From: Phallusia mammillata
Lineage: Eukaryota
Direction of reading: 5' to 3'
NCBI GenBank assembly: GCA_965637545.1
Contig: OZ281494.1
Location: 2,108,001 to 2,172,000 of the forward strand
DNA length: 64,000 nt
The notes under the pieces were generated by a model. The model saw nothing but the letters and a program-made list of their open reading frames with translations. It searched no databases and was not told where the DNA came from. The position numbers and the translations under genes are program-made. Below are positions 61,370 to 64,000 of the stretch, piece after piece (the stretch's first letter is position 1; every line of letters begins with the position of its first letter).

Positions 61370-62429
61370 AAAGATCTTGATAGCATCCTTCTGCGACGCC
61401 ATATTTGGTTATCTTGATGTTCTTAGAAATCAACGGTTAAAAATCATCGACCACTAACCCGAATGTGGTTAATCGCATAACCAGCATGGCAAGCTTTTCT
61501 GTGCGGACGACTTTCTTAACAAACGTTGGACTAAGTTTGGATTACAAATCCTTTTTGCAATTAAACGATAGTGTACCACATACTGGCTTGGTGTCACAAT
61601 AACTTCACTCAAGAGTAATGAAAAGATTTATTACTTAATTATTAGTTTGTTGAGTGATTTTAGAAAAGCTCGGTCCTTCATTTTGAGCATCAACTCCCAA
61701 GCATGGCGCCGACACATTCACACATTTTCTCAGTAGCGTCGCAACATTCTGGGTGCTTTATCTTGCAATAGCAAAGTCCAACGAACAGAAGAACAATACC
61801 CAACTGCAAAAAAACAAAAAAAAACATCATTGATAATTTTGACGTTAATGAAAAGCCCGTCTTACCGATACGAAAACTATTACCACTGTCGACATTTTGA
61901 TTTTGCTTGAAAATTTCTGAAAACTACTGACGGAAAACAAATTGAAGCTGCTTATAGCTCTGCTGCACAACCTTGCAACATACACTTGAAGTTACTAATT
62001 TATTAGTTTGCCGCGGTTAGAACTTTGATTGCCACATAATGGTTATCATGAGCAAACATTAACTCAGAAAGAAAGTAACTCACTCAACAAAAATCACTCA
62101 AGTTATTTTATTTTCGACATGCCTTTTCCCTGAAATATTGGACGTTGCTGTTTGCATCATTGATTCTGATCAGACTTGAACTTAAATTAAATTGGAGCTT
62201 TAACTTGAGTGGTTGCCTCACTTATGAATGTTTTGTAAAATTACTTATTCTCGTCGTACAACGCGTTATGGACCTTATTATGTTTGGGAACATTTATAAA
62301 GGCATAAACTAGTTTGTGAAAGGTAAATTGTATTTACCAAACCCAGAAACTTTGCAGAAAGTATGTAACTGTCGGTGCTAAGTAACGGTCTGCATGACAA
62401 AAAATCCAAATTCCTCATTTTGTAAGCAA

Positions 62430-62525
62430 GAACTTGGCAGAATGGTCCGGCGCGCCTGACCCATAATAAAAAACTTTGATCGGGATTCGTCTCCGGGTGT
62501 GTCCTGGGTTTGAACCCCGTGAAAC
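62430..62525 (+). mobile_element. tRNA-derived SINE head or tRNA pseudogene (Met-like)
   Basis: A-box-like TGGCAGAATGG (62435), CCCATAA loop, B-box-like GGTTTGAACCC (62507), with an extra spacer; lies in a copy-2-specific insertion. No intact cloverleaf. Confidence 0.35.
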
Positions 62526-62795
62526 TTAACTTACATTGTAACAAACACCATTCAAGGGTAAAGACATTTAGCCAGCAATAGCAATTTTTCTCGTGCCTTC
62601 TACGCCTCTTAACAGGTTGTGGCTAACTAGAAATAACCCAGCATACAAAACTACAAGCTAACTAAAGCACTTGAGCTTTGGTTTGTTTGTGTTTTGGTTG
62701 CATGTTAAACAAAGTTTCTCCGAAATAAGTAAATTATTATCTATTATATGGTAAATTATTGCCAGAGTCGGGTTAGGCACCCTTAGGTGCCTTAA

Positions 62796-64000
62796 CCCTT
62801 TAACTGCTGAATTCTTTTTGACAAAAATTATGGTTTAGACATGCTCTTGCTCTTTAAGGTTTTATGCAAAATCGATAGAAGATAGGCAAAAACTTTCTTT
62901 GGGAAAGTTGTTGGGTATAAAATTTTCTACAATTTAAAGATAAAAAAATTTTCGATGACGTCATCACTTACGAAATTACGTCATTTCAATTCTATTTTTT
63001 CATAAAATTGCAGTTTATTTATGTTTTTCGTTACAATTATTAGTTCCAAGTTGTTTTACAAACAATTCCTTAAAAAAATATTGATGTGTGTTTTTTCGAT
63101 GACGTCATTAATTAGTCCATGACGTCATAATGAACAATTTTAGTTTCTTGTTTTACTGTAGTAAAGGACAAAATTAATGTTTTTGAGGGTATAAAACTTG
63201 TTTTTAATAACAATTATTGGCAGTCTTTCCAATTTACTGACTTATTCTAATGTTTACCAAATACCTGTACACATAATGCATTCACAAGTGGTTGTACATG
63301 GGATGTTTATTATGCATCATTACACCACAACATGTAAAATTTTGAAACACAGTTCACAGAAGTTAGCAGAAAAACCACAATTCCAAGCATTCCAAAGGAA
63401 CTTTGCACTGATTCTTCTGTATTTGTTGTCAATTTATGAGGCCAAATCCTCCCAACATTTGACAAATATAAATACAGTTGATGACCAAATACAATCAAAA
63501 TATAGGTCAGCAACCATAAACTTCTCGAGTCAAAAGGCTTCTACAACAGTAGTTTTCGTGATAAATATCTGCTGTCACCACTAATAGGAGCTAAACTGAC
63601 TGATACAGCACTATATTCAAGCAAACCCAGGCAAATTCACTGTCCCCAACTACCCACTTCCAAGCCCAATTCAGCTGCACACATATCAAATTGTAAACAA
63701 AGATCGCTGCAACACGCACGCAAAGCCCTGAAATCAACTCCAAACAGCTGTCTGTGAATCAACCAAGCGTAAAATAACAAAAAACGGCTCAAAAACAAAA
63801 ATTAGGAAAAAACATGTTTTTTTCCGAATTTTTCCTTTCTCCTTACTGTAATTAATTTTTTTTAAATACTGACATATCATTTTTTTCGAATAAATTGAAT
63901 CCAATATGCATAAGCTTTCAAACGCAACCCAGTTGGAAAAAATATTCGCACTGATATGATTTTTATCGCTGTTTACAACGAGGCAGGTCTCGGGGCGCAT
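62796..64000. mobile_element. Possible piggyBac-like element, left end only
   Basis: Similarity with copy 1 stops and TTAA-CCCTTTAACTGC begins; matching right end not seen in the window; no transposase ORF. Confidence 0.3.

Larger units (their letters stand above)
52724..62780 (+). repeat. Segmental duplication (or second haplotype), copy 2 of 6252-15490
   Basis: Colinear with copy 1, with many intronic substitutions, indels and copy-specific insertions. Confidence 0.95.

Noticed and set aside
1-64000. Prokaryotic, phage or CRISPR/defence system
   Set aside because: All genes have GT-AG introns and animal-specific domains; no repeat-spacer array with unique spacers (the 9-nt and 105-bp repeats are contiguous tandem repeats).

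Overview
Eukaryotic, AT-rich animal genomic DNA with canonical GT-AG introns; probably an ascidian tunicate (inference from gene families and intron style, not proven). Layout: (1) striatin gene on +, 17 coding exons 322-11982, first exon(s) upstream of the window; (2) two tandem 8-exon adhesion GPCRs on + (16832-22150, 23864-27815) with signal peptide, degenerate SUEL/rhamnose-lectin-like domain, GAIN/GPS and 7TM; (3) three tandem two-exon LDLa-repeat GPCRs on - (GRL101/RXFP-type 7TM but no LRRs), the first carrying a nonsense codon; (4) a secreted pentraxin-domain gene on + (49312-50786) whose last exon I cannot find; (5) a second, 5'-truncated but intact striatin (11 exons, 52895-58976) inside a >=9 kb duplicated block. 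The strongest signals are: strongly nonsynonymous divergence of the adhesion-GPCR lectin-like exons (about 31 replacement vs 2 silent codon changes) next to homogenised 7TM exons; the clustering of three kinds of candidate recognition proteins in a nested tandem-duplication hotspot; and the headless striatin copy that shows purifying selection (about 47 silent vs 3 replacement changes) and sits in frame downstream of the truncated pentraxin. A haplotype mis-join in the assembly is a serious alternative for the last point. All coordinates and counts were read by eye and should be verified.
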